Assembly: GCF_016432865.1 (NCBI RefSeq)
Contig: NC_067403.1
Location: forward strand, 254,820,001-254,884,000
Direction of reading: 5' to 3'
DNA: 64,000 nucleotides
Source: Antechinus flavipes
Taxonomy: Eukaryota
Shown piece by piece: positions 22,921 through 43,858 of the stretch. Positions within the stretch are counted from its first letter, which is position 1; each line of letters opens with the position of its first letter. Below the pieces are notes generated by a model, which saw nothing but the letters and a program-made list of their open reading frames with translations, had not been told where the DNA came from and did no database searches. The position numbers and the translations under genes were made by a program.

Positions 22921-25229
22921 GTCTAAAGGCCGTGAGCACCAAGCAGCCCATGGGCCAAGGTCTCGGACCAGGCTCCTTGGTCCCTGTCCTAGGCTGGCAG
23001 CGAGAACACTGGGACAACCAGGGGCGGGGGAGCAGAGCCCCAGGCGCCCCAGGAAATGGCAGGACTGAACAGCAGTCACTGGGTGGAGTTGGGGATGTGG
23101 CTGTCCAAGGTCAGCTTTTAATCAAATGTTTATTTTGTTTTGTTTTGAAAGAACAGCTCAGGGAAGAGACTGCCCTTCCCTCAAGGCCTCGTGGCAGCTG
23201 GGCTCCTCCAGGAGAAAATTCAGGTTGAATTTCTTTCCCTTCTAATCGGACAGATGAGTCCCAATTTCCCAAGCTTCCTCAGAAGTATGCGGCAGATGGT
23301 TCTGTCAGTCAGTCAACCAACCCACATTTATTAAGCTCCTACTGTATGCGGAGCACAGTCAGAGACTGCTGTGTGAGGGATGGATGGGAGAGAGAGGAGA
23401 GCCTGGGGACAGAGAGGGAGGCTACAGGATGAGGGGAATGAGTTGGAGCTGGTAGCCATCTCCAGCCTGGCTTTGCCGCCCCTTTAAAGGGGATTTCCTC
23501 TCCCACACACTAAGGCCGGGCCAAAGCCGACCTTCTGGCCCTGCTCTCCCATAGGACTCTACCACCTCCTGCCTTTGCCCTGCTGGTGCCCCCTGCCGGG
23601 AATGCCGTCCCTCCCTTGCATCCCTCACTTTCTTCAAAACTACTCAGGCAACACCCCCACCAGGGGCCTTTTCTGGTCCCTCTCCTAGGGCCCATCACAC
23701 CGCCAAGTAATCTAGTCCGTCCCGTCCTCTGTCGATTGATGTGCGTACGGGTGATCTTTCCCAGCAGAATATAAGATCCTCGGGCACCTGAGGGTGTCGG
23801 GCCCCAGGAAGCACTTAACCGACCAATGGTTGACACAAGCTAACCTCAGGCTCCCAGAATGCCGGGTCTGGCCTGGGCTGAGAGGTCACAGACGCGGTCT
23901 TTGCGTCTCGGCCCCGTTCTCTGATGGGTCTCCTCGGATCGCCCTTGGGGGGCTCGGAAGGACTCCCAGGAAAATCTGGCTCACTTAGCCCTGAAACCGC
24001 AGTACGCGGACCACCTAGAGCATCCCACCTCCCTTACGGCGTCTCGGGCAGAGGAAGCTCACTGAAACCCTCGCCTGCAACTTAGTGAACATCGCGAGCC
24101 AGCTTTTCCCCATTAGTCCTTCTTTAATAACAGGCCTTTGGTTTAGGAGAGAGCCGAGTGACCCTTTGTTAATGATTTGAAAACGATGAGTGATTCTCTA
24201 TGTTACTTTGCTCATGGGTCCGGACCTGGCCGGATCCCCGCAGACTCCCCCCTCCAGAGTGTATGTCATATGGCTCCATTAGCAACGGAATCCGCCGGCC
24301 ACACCGTGGGTACCCAAGGCTCTCCGCCCGGCCCGGGCCCTGCTTGTGAATGCTCCGATGGCTTTATTTCCAATAGCCCGTCTCCTCTGCAGCTCTTCGG
24401 ACTTGCTCGGATGCATCTGCTTTTGAACCAGCCTGGGTTGCAGGCTTTGCAAGAACCTGGTTCTTGGGAGGCTCCCCAAGTTTTCCCAGAGGGGTCAAGA
24501 ATCAGATCTGAGGACCCTAACATTGGTCAAAGTTTCCCACAGACGCTGATATTTGGATGGTGCAGATGGGATTATCTCCACTTCACAAGTAGGAGAGGGG
24601 ACAACGGGGTGATGGTTGGTGGCTCCAGGATTCGCACTCGGCTCTTGGGAGTGTGTGAGGTCCTGGAAAGAGAGCTGCTCTGGAACCCCAGCTCTGCTCC
24701 TTTTCCTCATCTGTGAATTGGGGGAGATGGACTAAGGGACCACCCAGGTCTTGCCCCAGCTCTGTTGGTACCATTCTGCCTCCTCCAGGTGCCATCCTTC
24801 CCGTGCCCTCTGTCCAGGGAGTCAGTGACCTAGGCTGTATCTCAGGCGTCTTATTCAGCAACGCTGAGGTGTGTGGCTTACAGAGGGGAAACTGAGACAA
24901 AGTGGCTCATTTGCCCAAAGTAGCAGAAATAGCTCCAAATAGGAAAAAAAAAATTAAGCACGTATTAAGCACCTACTGTGTACTGGTACTGTACTTAATT
25001 ATGCCCTTTACAATTATTAGGATTGTCAGGCAGTCAGGGGTGAAGGGGCTCGCTTAATTCTTTGCCTGAACACTCCCCTTCCCCCTATCTCCCATCCTGA
25101 GCTCTCACATTCAGGAGGGGTGGAGATTTTGCAACCCATTCCACAGATAGGAAAACTGAAGCCTATTTCAGTTAGGCTGTGCAGTTTGAGAAGGGAAAGC
25201 GCATGATGCCCCCGGGCTGCAGGAAGTGA

Positions 25230-25800
25230 GTTCCGCCACTCGGCGGAGCCTGGACATCCGCAACGGGTTAGGGGAGCGGGGGGGAGGACCCAAGGCCGTG
25301 GCAACAGTCTACTCGAATGGCAGCAGGGGCGACCTATCACACAGAGGCGCTTGGAGACCCTACGCCCAATAGGTCGCTCCTCAGCTATGGCTCTGGCGTC
25401 ACCGTGCCCGTCAACCCAATGGGAGAGGTGGAAATTTCCAGAAGGAACTGGACCAATGGGTGCGGCTAGCGACAGCCAGACCGGCGCTCCCGCCGACCAA
25501 TGAGTATGACAGACAGTCTCCCTTCTGCCAGTCGTCAAGCGGGCTCTGGGGCGGGCCGTGCCAAGCAACGCCCAATGGCGAGGAAGAAAAGACGAAGGGC
25601 CGCGCGAATCGCCATCCTCTGCCCAATGAGAGGGAAGTACCCATGAATGGCAGAGGATTTAGCCTCTAGGAGCCAGAAGGGGCGGAGCTCAGAGGGAGAA
25701 CTCCACCAATAGGGCGGCTCGGAAGGGGCGGGAGCCGGGAGTCCCGGCAGCTTCTAGTAGGTTCCAGAAGGCGGCGCGTGCGGCTGGGAGCTGGGCGCGA
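25230..25800 (+). promoter_or_regulatory. STIP1 promoter with two heat-shock elements and seven CCAAT boxes
   Basis: Perfect HSE gGAAatTTCcaGAAg at 25430-25444 and a second HSE, cTTCtaGTAggTTCcaGAAg, at 25751-25770. CCAAT at 25366, 25416, 25453, 25497, 25572, 25623 and 25706. GC box near 25726. Confidence 0.85.
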
Positions 25801-25851
25801 GCGAGCGGGCGGGCGGACGGATTCACGGCTGCCTCGGCTCCGGCCCGGGCC

Positions 25852-34410
<8,559 letters not shown>

Positions 34411-34794
34411 TGACTTGTGGAGCCCCCGTCCCTCCCCCCTTTTCTGTGCAAAGAGAAGCTGGGACTGCGGCCGGAGCAGAGAAGGGGACCGAAGAGACCC
34501 CCACCTCGTCTCTATATTTATACATATATACGTACATATATGTGTGGAGGACACAGACTTCCGCGCCCCCGCGCCGCTGCCTGGCGGCTGCCCAGCACAT
34601 GCATGGTCTCTTCACTGCTGCCCCTTTCAGGCCCACCCCCCTCCCCAGGCGCTGTCCCAGCCGCTCTTCCCCCTTAGTTGGTTTTGTTTTTTATTTGGGG
34701 CAGTGGGCGTGTCGGGGGAGGGAAGGGGGGCCCTTCCCTCCCGTGGCCCCCGCTGCCCCTGCTCATTGTTAAGCCCACGCCCCCATCATCTCCA

Positions 34795-34800
34795 AATAAA
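34795..34800 (+). terminator. STIP1 polyadenylation signal
   Basis: AATAAA about 385 nt after the stop codon, followed by GT-rich sequence. Confidence 0.8.
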
Positions 34801-35799
34801 AGAAGCCAGTCGGCGTGGTTATGGGTTACCCAGGTCTCGACTCCTTTTCTTGGTGGGCTGCAGTTGGGGCTCCCTTTGGAGGGGGCAAGGTGGGCACGGT
34901 GAAGGGGGACTAGGGTCACTAGGGGGTGCTGTTGCCCTTCACGTGGTTTAATGGGCTCAGGAGCTGCACCAAGTCCAAGCAGCCAGGGCTGGCTGGGGGT
35001 GCAGGGGGGTCTCCTTGCCTCTCCCTCCCTCCCTGGCGGGCAGCCCCACTAGGGCTTTTCATGACCGAGGCCCAGAGCCTTTCTTGGTGGTCAGCTGGTC
35101 TCCCCGGAACTTCCTGCTAACTCTCAGGTTCTGTCCCAGGCCCATGGGGCATCTCCCACCGGGGGGCAGGGGGGGAGCCGGGGATACATCACAGACCCCG
35201 AAGTCAGGAGGGCCTGGGAGACACCTGGCACTTAGCGGGGCAGGGTCCTTAACCCCAAAGGCCTAAGGACAGCCAGCTGTGCGGGCTCTGCTCCCGACTT
35301 AAGGGGCCTAAAGCAGAGGGGCACCCACAGCCTCAGTGCTGGAGCCACACACGCAGTGGGGCAGGTGGCCCCTCGCTGCACTCAGCAGGCACGGGACGTG
35401 GATGGCACAGGAGAACGTCCTTGCCACCCTGGCACCTCCAGGACAGCTCTGTGCCGGGCTCCGGGCGGGGGCAGGGGGTTCAGGGATAGCAGTGCCCATT
35501 CGGGTTTTCTTAGAGACCCTGCATTCTTTGCCATTTCCTCCGGCCTGTTACAGAGCAGGAAACTGAGGCAGGCCGGTGTAAGTGCCTGGCCCTGGTGCGC
35601 CTGCCCCTCCCGCCACCACAGGGCAGACATGGCAGCCTCTGGGGCCTTCCTGGCACTCCTCTCCTGGGCTCCTCCGTTTACGCTGTCCGTGCTCTTGGAC
35701 CCCCACGTTGATTCTCTGCCCGGAGCCAGGGTTCGGCCCGTGTGGCCTCGTGGAGGTCCCTGCTGTGGATCCCGGGGCAGACCCCTCCTCCCACCCGCT

Positions 35800-36043
35800 C
35801 CCCCTTTGTGGTCCCAGCCTCGGGTTCTGTGAGTGACAAGTGCTCCGTGGCTTCCTGGCCCAGGGCCTCCCCTCCCCAGGGGGTGGAGTCGGCTGAGCCG
35901 CAGATAAGGCAGCGCCAGGGGCAGCCCCGAGGAGCAAGGGCACCCGCAGACCGGCAGGGAAGGGGCGCCCGCCGCAGACCGGGGTGCCCAGGCCCGAAGC
36001 GACGCAGAGGGTCAGCAGCCGCCCTTGGGCTCCCCCAGGAGAG
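35800..36043 (+). promoter_or_regulatory. FERMT3 promoter and non-coding exon 1 (donor at 36043)
   Basis: RUNX TGTGGT at 35807, ETS CTTCCT at 35851 and GATA AGATAAG at 35902, typical of a haematopoietic gene. Donor GAG|gtgagt at 36043/44; exon 2 acceptor at 36340/41. Confidence 0.6.
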
Positions 36044-36356
36044 GTGAGTGGGGTCCGGAGGGGAGGCCCCGGCCTCAGTCCCCGCCATGTGCCCAGCTCC
36101 CTGACGGGCTCGCCCTCGTTGGAAGGGTGGAGACGGAAAGGCGGGCGGAGGGAGGGGCTGCCCAACTCCCCAGACTTTGCTTACCTGGGTATAAACCACC
36201 TGTCAGGGCAGCGTGCAGAGGCCCTCCCTCCGGCCGGCCCTTTCCGCCCAGCCCCCCGCCGGACCCCCGGTGAGGAAAGGGAGACCTGAGCTCATCGGGG
36301 AGCCGAGGGAGAGCTCGCCAGGCCCCTGTGCCCCCTCCAGGACCCGGCCGGCAGCC

Positions 36357-39300
36357 ATGGCAGCCTGGGAGCTGCAGGTGTTCGTGGGGGACCCCGACGT
36401 CCAGGAGGAGTCGGTGACGCTTCTGGTCACGGGCGAGTCCCACATCGGCGGCGTCATCCTCAAGATCGTGGAGGAGATCAGTGAGTAGGACCCGCGCTGC
36501 CCACGGGGCTGCCCAGCCCCGACCCCCCTCGCCGGCTTCCCGCCCTGCCCTCCCCACCCGGAGGCTCGTGATAAGGCTCTTCCAGTGACTCAGGCCCCAG
36601 CCTAAGCGCTTGTTCCCCAAAAAAGGAGCTCCCCCGACTTCCCCCCTCCCCCGGCTCGGCCTCTCCGCCGCTCTCTCCCCGGGCAGCCCGGCCGCCCGTC
36701 TCCCACAGGTCAGCGCTGCCTAGCCGGGGCGAGGGACGGAGCCCCGGGGTCCCATTCCCTGGAAGCCCCCGCGGCCCAGGGGTCCGTCTGCCCCCAGGCC
36801 GCGGCCTGGGTCTCTGGGGCTAGCCTGCGGCCCGGCGCCTGCTTGCTCATCCCGCCCCCCACAAGCCACACTTCCCCCCCAAAGAAAAAAATGCCTGGCG
36901 GAAGGAAGCTGTCGAGGCGATGGGCGAGCTGGAAAGGCCCTTCCCTGCCCCCACAGGAAGTTACAGCAGAGCGCCCTGTGGTATCAGAGGGGCGCAGCTG
37001 GGCGCTGGAGGGGGCGGGGTGGGCGCTTCCTCTGCCCACTCTGCGCCCCCGCCGGCCCACGCTTCCTGAGCGCTGACCCCGGGCACGGCGAGAGGCCCCG
37101 CGGGCTCCAGGAAGGGCACCAGAGGGCAGGCTGGGGCCCAGGGAGTGAGTGCCCACCTCGCCAGGCCGTGCCCGCCCCGCCCCCACTGCTACTTATTCTT
37201 TGCTTCCTCACTTGCCGGAGCCGGCGCATCCAAGCATTGTTGTCCATTTTACAGTTGGGGCCACTGAGGCTTAGTGAGAGTAACTGACCTGGAGTAGTGA
37301 GTGTCAGACAGGCGCGGCTCCCAGCCCGGCCATCGCCGGCGTCCACGTGTATGTGCACACGGTGCGACAGTGTAGCCTGTTTCTCATCTGCGTGTGCGCT
37401 GGACACGTGTGTGTTATACATGTATGTAACACGTGTGTGCACACGCTCGCTCCTTCTCCCATGTGATTCACCAGGCCAGGAGCTGCAGGGTCAGAGGGTC
37501 CGCGGGGGCCCTCGGGAGACGGAGGTGACGCACCCAGTATGAGACAGTCAGTGAGCATTTATTAAGCATTTACTGTATGCTCCAAAAAAGGCAGAAAGCA
37601 GTCCTCCCCGAGGGCTCGCTCGGCAACAACCGTGACAAAGAGTAGATGAAAGGTCTGAGAAAGGGCCTGACCCGGAAGGCCCGAGAAAGGCCTCCAGAGG
37701 GGACACGCCAGGGGCGGAGGTGAGGAGAGAGCGCGCCTGGCCCCAGGCCCGGCCCAGGCAAAGGCCCGGAGCTGGGAGATGCCAGGGGTTCGGCAAATCG
37801 GAGCAGAGAGTGCCGGCGACAAGGGGGCGATGGCGAGAGCGGCAAGAGGGGCTAGATGCCCGGCGGAAGGGCTGAGAATGGACCCAAATCAGTCTGATGG
37901 GTCAGATGTGGAGCCGGGCCCGGGGCCTGGCACGGGGGCAGCAAGAAATGCCCGTTGCCCTCCCCTGCCTGAGACCCGCTGCTTGGGGAGGGGTCAGTCT
38001 GTGACCCTTTGAAGCCGGCCCGAGAGTAGACTGCAGGGCTCCCACAGTGACCACGGGTCAGAGGCCAGACCGGACGCTGAGCCCGGCACGGCCCAGCCCC
38101 GGCCAACGCCTCCTGGCTACGACATCATGAACCCGATGACACTCGCTGGTGCGCTGGCACGGCCGCGGCCCTCGGAGAGGCCGACAGGGAGGCTGGGCCT
38201 CCACCCGGGGAGCACCGGCCCTGTGACGCGGCGGCTGCGTTTGGCGGTTCTGGGCTGGGGCAGCTCTTAGGTCGACAGTCCTGTAGGGAAGGCAGAGTTG
38301 GAATTAGTCCCATTTGACAGAGGAGAAAACCGAGGCACAGAGATAAAAATGACTCATCCAGGATCACAAAAAAGTAAGGACCAGAGGCAAAGTTTGAGCC
38401 AGAATCCTCTCTGCATCCAGAATTCTCCTTAGGAGTCTTCCCCAGATTCAGAGTCCTCCCTAAATCCAGAGTCCTCTCTGAGAATCTTCCCCAAATTCAG
38501 AGTCCTCCCTAGTTCCAGCTTGCTTTCTGGCGAACATCCTCACAAAAGGGTTGTTGAGCCTTAGGGCCGTGGTCTGGAACCCAGCCTGGCCTTGCGGGAA
38601 GGGCACAGTACGAGGGCAGGAGTCACGTGATCTCAGCCCGGGTGGTTCCCTCCAAGCTGGATGGGGAACCTCCCGGAGAGGTGCCGGTTCTGGGTGCGAG
38701 GCCCGGCTCTGACCCCACGGCTGGGGGGCGGTGGCCCCGGTCTCCTTCCATCGGGCCGGAGGCTCGGGGAGGGGCGCCGGGCCTGGGCCGGCGAGCGGAG
38801 CACCAGCGTGGGGGAGAGCGGACCGGGTGGCCCCGGAGGCGAGGCTCTGACCCTCCTAGAGGAAGGGCCTCGGACACGGCCCGTTTGCCCCCGAGCTGGG
38901 AGAGCCGCGGGCCGGGGCCTAGGGCGAGGAGGCCCAGCCGAGCCCAGGGGAGCGGGGATGGCCCACCTGACTTGCTGGCGCCCCCCAGGGGCCAAGGGAG
39001 GAGGGGGAGCTGCTGCCCCTGACCCAGCCCAGTCTTCCCCTAAGGCTGACCCCTGACCCTTGTCCCCACATCCTCCCTCCCAACTGTTCCCCAGGAGTGG
39101 GGGGGCCAAGGAAACAGCCCCCCAGCCGGCCACCCCGCCCCTCCCCCCACTCCTCACCGGCCCCTCCCCCAGCAGAGCGGAAGCAGGACTGGTCGGACCA
39201 CGGGCTGTGGTGGGAGCAGAAGAAGCTGTGGCTGCTGCAGACCCACTGGACCCTGGACAAGTACGGCATCCTGGCGGACGCCCGGCTCTACTTCGGCCCG

Positions 39301-42300
39301 CAGCACCGGCCCGTCATCCTGCGGCTGCCCAACCGCCGGGCCCTGCGGCTGCGCGCCAGCTTCTCGCAGCCCCTCTTCCGCGCCGTGGCCGCCATCTGCC
39401 GCGTGCTCAGTGAGTGTCCCCGCCCATGTTCCCCGTCCTCCCCGCCCGTGTCCCCCGTCCTCCCCAGCCGTGTCCTCTGCTTGCAGGAGGGGGGGAGGGG
39501 GCAGAGCAGCCCCAGGCCCACGTGGGCCACCCCTCCGCGCGCCCATTGTACAGAGGGCCCGGCGGGGGCTTGAACACCCCCTGGGGCCCTTCCTCCCCAC
39601 AGGCATCCGCCACCCCGAGGAGCTGTCCCTGCTCCGGGCCCCGGAGAAGAAGGAGAAGAAGAAGAAGGACAAGGAGCCGGAAGAGGAGGTGTTTGACCTG
39701 ACCTCGGTGGTCCTGGCTGCCGGTGAGCCGCAGGGCGGGGGCTGGGGGGAGGGGGAGCTGGGTGGGTGGCAGGAGCCTGGCGGGGGGGAGGGGAGCAGGC
39801 AGGGCGAGCCCAGGGCCCGACCGCCCCCCCCCGCCCCCCTCAGGAGTGGCCCCGGCCCAGTTCCGGGGGATGCCGGCCCACTTCTCCGACAGCCCCGAGA
39901 CCGAGGCCTGTTACCGGATGCTCAGCCTCCCCCAGCCGCCCCCAGACCCGGCCCAGCTGCTGCGCCTGCCCAGGCCCGGCTCCCTGGCTGACAAGACCCA
40001 GCTGCACAGCAGGTACGGCCGCCCGGGCACCCAGGGCTGTGGGGTCGGGGGAGAGCGCGGAGGACGGGCCACAGGGAGGGGGCCGAGAGCGCCAGGGCTG
40101 CCCCAACCCTGACCGGCCGTGACCTCTGGGACACTGGGGGGAGGGGCCGCTACCTGTGACACCTCCTCCCCCAGGAAGTCTGCCCTGATTGCTTCCTGGT
40201 CTGTTATATGGGGTAACATCCCGCCAAGGCTGCCTTGAGACGCTAGCAGTGGGCAGAGCTGCCCGCGACCAGAGGGGGCGCTGGGAGCCCCGGAGCAGGC
40301 CGGAGGGCGGCGTCTTGTCCCCCAGCCCCTGGGGGGGGCACAGCCCAGGGGAGCAGGGTGGGGTCCGCTGACCGCAGGGCTCCCCCCCAGGTGGCTGGAC
40401 TCCTCGAGGTGTCTGATGCAGCAGGGGGTCAAGCCCGGGGACACCCTCTGGCTGCGCTTCAAGTACTACAGCTTCTTCGACCTGGACCCCAAGGTGAGGG
40501 CAGCCCGGAAGGGGGGCCAGTTGGGGCGGGGAGGGGGGGCCTGAGAAGATGAGCCTGGTCCCTCTGGCGGGAGAAACATCTCCCACCCTCCCTTGCTCAA
40601 GAACCTGCTGGGGCTCCCCCTCGCATCCCCTCCCCCCAGCCTGTCCTTCCTCATGTCTAAGTATAGGCTTCCTGTGGTTCTCGAGTGACCACCAAAGCGC
40701 CCCTCCCCCCCTCTGTGGGGGGGCGGGGGGAGCTGAGGCTGGGGCCCAGTCTGACCCCTCGGCCCTCCCCCACAGGCCGACCCCGTGCGCCTCACGCAGC
40801 TCTACGAGCAGGCCCGCTGGGACCTGCTGCTGGAGGAGATCGACTGCACGGAGGAGGAGATGATGGTCTTCGCGGCCCTGCAGGTAGGGCCCCCACCCCC
40901 TCCCCCAGGAAGTCTGCCCTGATTGCTCCGTCAGAGCCGCCCCCTTTGGCCTGCAGTCTCACCCTGCGCAGGGGCCGCGGCTTTAGCCCTTTCTGGCCGG
41001 TGGGAAGGGGGGAGAGGGGGCTAGGTTGAGCAGGGTCGGCCCTGGGGTCGGGGGTCACAGACGCGGCTTCCCCGGAGGCCCGGATGGGAGGAGGCTGGGA
41101 CAGATCAGGCCCCCGGGGACTTCCCGGCTCCTCGGCTCTCTCCGGGCGAGGCTCAGGGGGCAGAGCCGGGGTCACCCCCAGTCCTGCCCCCCAGTACCAC
41201 ATTAACAAGCTGGCCCTGAGCGGGGACGTGGAGGAGCCGGCCGGCCCGGGCGGCCTGGACGACCTGGACGCGGCGCTGAGCAGCCTGGAGGTGAAGCTGG
41301 AGGGCTCGGCCCCCGCCGACGTGCTGGTGAGCAGGGGGGAGGGGAGGCCGCGGGCGGGGGCGGGCGGCCCCGGCCAGCTCGGCGCTCAGGGTGCCCCTCG
41401 ACCCACAGGACAGCCTGACGGCCATCCCCGAGCTCAAGGACCACCTTCGCATCTTCCGGTGAGACCCGGACCCTGGGGGAGGGAGGCCCGGGCCCGAAGG
41501 CGGGGGGCGTCCCAGCCGCGATCCCGGGCCTGGAGGTGGGGGAGATCCCTCGGTGATCCCTGCCTCCCTCCTCGTGCCAGGCCCCGGAAGCTCACCCTCA
41601 AGGGCTACCGCCAGTACTGGGTCGTGTTTAAAGAGACCACGCTCTCCTACTACAAGAGCCAGGACGAGGCCCCCGGGGACCCCATCCAGCAGCTGCACCT
41701 GAAGGGTGAGCCCCCTCGGGCCCCGCCCGGCCTCTGTCGCCCGCTCCCTCCGCGCCGCCCCTCACGCCCTCCCCTTTCTGCCTAGGCTGCGAGGTGGTGC
41801 CCGACGTCAACGTCTCGGGGCAGAAGTTCTGCATCAAGCTCCTGGTGCCCTCGCCCGAGGGCATGAGCGAGCTCTACCTGCGCTGCCAGGACGTGAGTGG
41901 GGCACGAGGGGCTCGGGGCCCGGGAGGGGGCGGTGCGGCCCAGTCTGACCCGGCCTTCGCCCCCAGGAGCAGCAGTACGCCCAGTGGATGGCCGGCTGCC
42001 GGCTGGCCTCCAAGGGGCGCACCATGGCCGACAGCAGCTACCAGAGCGAAGTCCAGGCCATCCTGGCCTTCCTTAGCCTGCAGCGGGCGGGGGGAACCGG
42101 AGGCACGGGCCCCGCCAACCCGCAGGGCCCCGACGCCAGCGGGGAAGGGCTCAACCCCTACGGCCTCGTGGCCCCCCGGTTCCAGCGGAAGCTGAAGGCC
42201 AAGCAGGTGCGTGGGGGAGGGGGCGCTGCGGGGAAGGGCGTGACCCACCGGAGGCAGCCCGGGGAGGATGGAGGGGGGGACGGCCCCCAGGAGATGTGAG

Positions 42301-43858
42301 CAAAGCGCTTCCAGGAGGAGCGGGGCCAACCGTCCCCACCCGCAGGGGGAATGGTCCGGATCCCTAAGGAGAGATGCCAAACTCGGGCGTCCGGGCTCAC
42401 TCATACATTGTTGGTGGAGCTTGGGTGGGTCCTGCCTGTCCTGGAACAGCAAGCGCTGTGGCTCCCCTCACCAGCACAAGGCTACTCCGGGCCTCTGCCC
42501 CGGCAGGGGAAGGAGAGGGTGAGGTGCCCAGGAGCAGGGGGTGAGGTGCCCAGGAGCAGGGGGTGAGGTGCCCAGGAGCAGGGGGTGAGGTGCCCAGGAG
42601 CAGAGGGTGAGGTGCCCAGGAGCAGAGGGTGAGGTGCCCAGGAGCAGAGGGTGAGGTGCCCAGGAGCAGAGGGTGAGCTGCCCAGGAGCAGGGGGCGGCG
42701 CCCTAGGTGCCCACAAGCCGCAGCTGCCGAAGCTTTCCCAGCAAGGCCGGGTTTCCCCTTGGGGGGGGGGGGGGCTCAGTGAAGGGCCCAGGAGCCGCCT
42801 TCAAAGCCCCTGGGCCTAACTCTGCCCTGGTTTCCGCACTGGGGCGACCCCCTCCAGCCCTAAAGCCTTGGTACCCCCAACAGCTGACGCCCCGGATCCT
42901 GGAGGCCCACCAGAACGTGGCCCGGCTCTCCCTGTCCGAGGCCAAGCTCCGCTTCATCCAGGCCTGGCAGTCCCTGCCCGACTTCGGCATCTCCTACTTC
43001 ATCGTCAGGTACCAGGGCGCGCCCCTCCCCCCCTCCCCCCGGCCCTGCATTGGGTTCTGGCGCCCCCCCCAGGAGGAGGCGGACCGGGGGCTGCGGTGCC
43101 AGAGGGCGGGGCGAAGGTGCAAGAGGCGCCAGTGGGGGGGGAGGGGAGTGATGGCGGACTCGCAGCCAAGTGATGGGCCGGGCGATGGGCGGGGAGAGGG
43201 AGGGAGGGGGCACCTGCTTGGGGAGGGGCGAGCTCCCGTTCCCGGAAGCCTTTTAGCAGAGGCTCGTGTTCAGCTCAGGCCAGAGGCCACCAAGGTCCCC
43301 TCCGGCTGGGGGCGCTCGGCCCCTCCCCCAGCCAGACTCGGAGACGCCCCTCCCGCCCCTCCCCCCAGGTTTAAGGGCAGCAGGAAGGACGAGGTCTTGG
43401 GCATCGCCAACAATCGCCTGATCCGCATCGACCTGGCCGTGGGCGACGTCGTGAAGACCTGGCGCTTCAGCAACATGCGGCAGTGGAACGTCAACTGGGA
43501 CATCCGTCAGGTGGGCGGGGCAGGGGCGGGGCAGGGGACTGGGGCGGGGCCGCGCTCTCTCAGGTCCAGAGCACCTTGCGCCTGCTCCCTCGGGTCCACA
43601 CTCTCTCCCTTCGGTGCTCCCTCCAGTGCTCCCTCCAGTGCTCCCCGCCCCCCCCCAGCTCACGCGCTCCGCCCGCAGGTGGCCATTGAATTTGACGAGC
43701 ACATCAACGTGGCGTTCAGCTGCGTGTCGGCCGGGTGCCGGGTCCTGCACGAGTACATCGGCGGCTACATCTTCCTGTCCACCCGGGAGCGCGCCCGAGG
43801 CGAGGAGCTGGACGAGGATCTCTTCCTGCAGCTTACCGGGGGCCACGAGGCCTTCTGA
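36357..43858 (+). CDS. FERMT3: Fermitin family homolog 3 (kindlin-3), 652 aa
   Basis: Exons 36357-36480, 39176-39409, 39603-39722, 39844-40012, 40391-40493, 40776-40883, 41195-41326, 41409-41458, 41581-41705, 41786-41892, 41967-42206, 42884-43008, 43369-43510 and 43679-43858 sum to 1959 nt. FERM and PH segments are present, the integrin-binding NMRQWNVNW motif is retained, and the protein ends LTGGHEAF*. Confidence 0.99.
38270..38410 (-). mobile_element. MIR fragment (FERMT3 intron 2)
   Basis: cccatttgacagaggagaaaaccgaggcacagag...ggatcaca...tttgagccag. Confidence 0.55.
42516..42694. repeat. 22-bp minisatellite (gggtgaggtgcccaggagcagR) x8, FERMT3 intron 12
   Basis: gaggtgcccaggagca every 22 nt from 42521 to 42675. 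Confidence 0.93.

Noticed and set aside
39840-41698. Long minus-strand ORFs antisense to FERMT3 exons
   Set aside because: An expected shadow of GC3-rich codons and GC-rich introns; no independent gene signals.
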